Below, piece by piece: positions 63,498-64,000 of a stretch of 64,000 nucleotides of DNA (the stretch's first letter is position 1; each line of letters begins with the position of its first letter). The DNA is taken from NCBI GenBank assembly GCA_032718475.1, contig JAUCBJ010008156.1, positions 27,696-91,695 of the forward strand, written 5' to 3'. This DNA is from Nemertoderma westbladi. Its lineage: Eukaryota; Animalia; Xenacoelomorpha. The position numbers and the translations under genes are program-made. The notes under the pieces are model-generated. The model did not search any database and had not been told where the DNA came from. It saw only the letters and a program-made list of their open reading frames with translations.

Positions 63498-64000
63498 CAT
63501 ACAAATTAATACAAAATATTGCCACTGCTATTGCATAATGAGAATTGCATACAAATTAATACAAATTAGATTACAAAATATACTTTCTTCCATTTATTTT
63601 CAAGTTAACAATTTACTTATTGAAATGGAACATGGCTAGGACAATGTCCACCATTTCCCATCTCAAATTATCGTTTTTTATACATTAAGTAAAGATTCCA
63701 AAATGAAAGAAATTATTATGTATTTTTATATTTAGTTTGATTATCGGCCTTAAATGCAATAATACTTAGTTAAATGATTAGCCTCAAATACGTTTTATAT
63801 TTTAGTTCTTTTGTTATTATTGATCTCTATAATTTGAGATGGGAAATGGGGGATGTAGTCCTAGCCATGTTCCATTTCAATAAGTAAATTGTTAACTTGT
63901 AAATAAATGGAAGAAAGTATATTTTGTAATCTAATTGTATTAATTTGTATGCAATTCTCATTATGCAATAGCAGTGGCAATATTTTGTATTAATTTGTAT
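63498..64000. repeat. AT-rich inverted repeat (foldback/MITE), runs off the window
   Basis: ~63498-63671 is the reverse complement of ~63828-64000. Confidence 0.85.

Overview
Repeat-dense eukaryotic (probably invertebrate) heterochromatin-like DNA with no prokaryotic features. It holds an internally deleted BEL/Pao LTR element (A, 1-5.4 kb) with an extra zinc-knuckle ORF. There are three copies of one RTE-clade LINE: one intact, one frameshifted with a different 5' leader, and one 3' fragment. The last two coding exons of a host cytochrome-b561/FRRS1-like gene lie between a 22-bp and a 7.4-kb 26-bp minisatellite. A 208-bp satellite forms the two arms of a ~37-kb inverted duplication. The left arm later received a young 18.9-kb BEL/Pao element (B; 2.3-kb LTRs, CCCTG target-site duplication), a Kolobok-like foldback MITE and a CR1-group LINE. 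Element B is the most unusual object: a tRNA-like Pol III A/B-box cassette in U3, no tRNA primer-binding site but LTR-complementary sequence in its place (candidate self-priming), a 20-nt hairpin dispersed 8 times regardless of reading frame, and one reading frame broken only by three TGA codons in inter-domain linkers. All calls were made by eye from the sequence and ORF track; no searches or folding programs were run.
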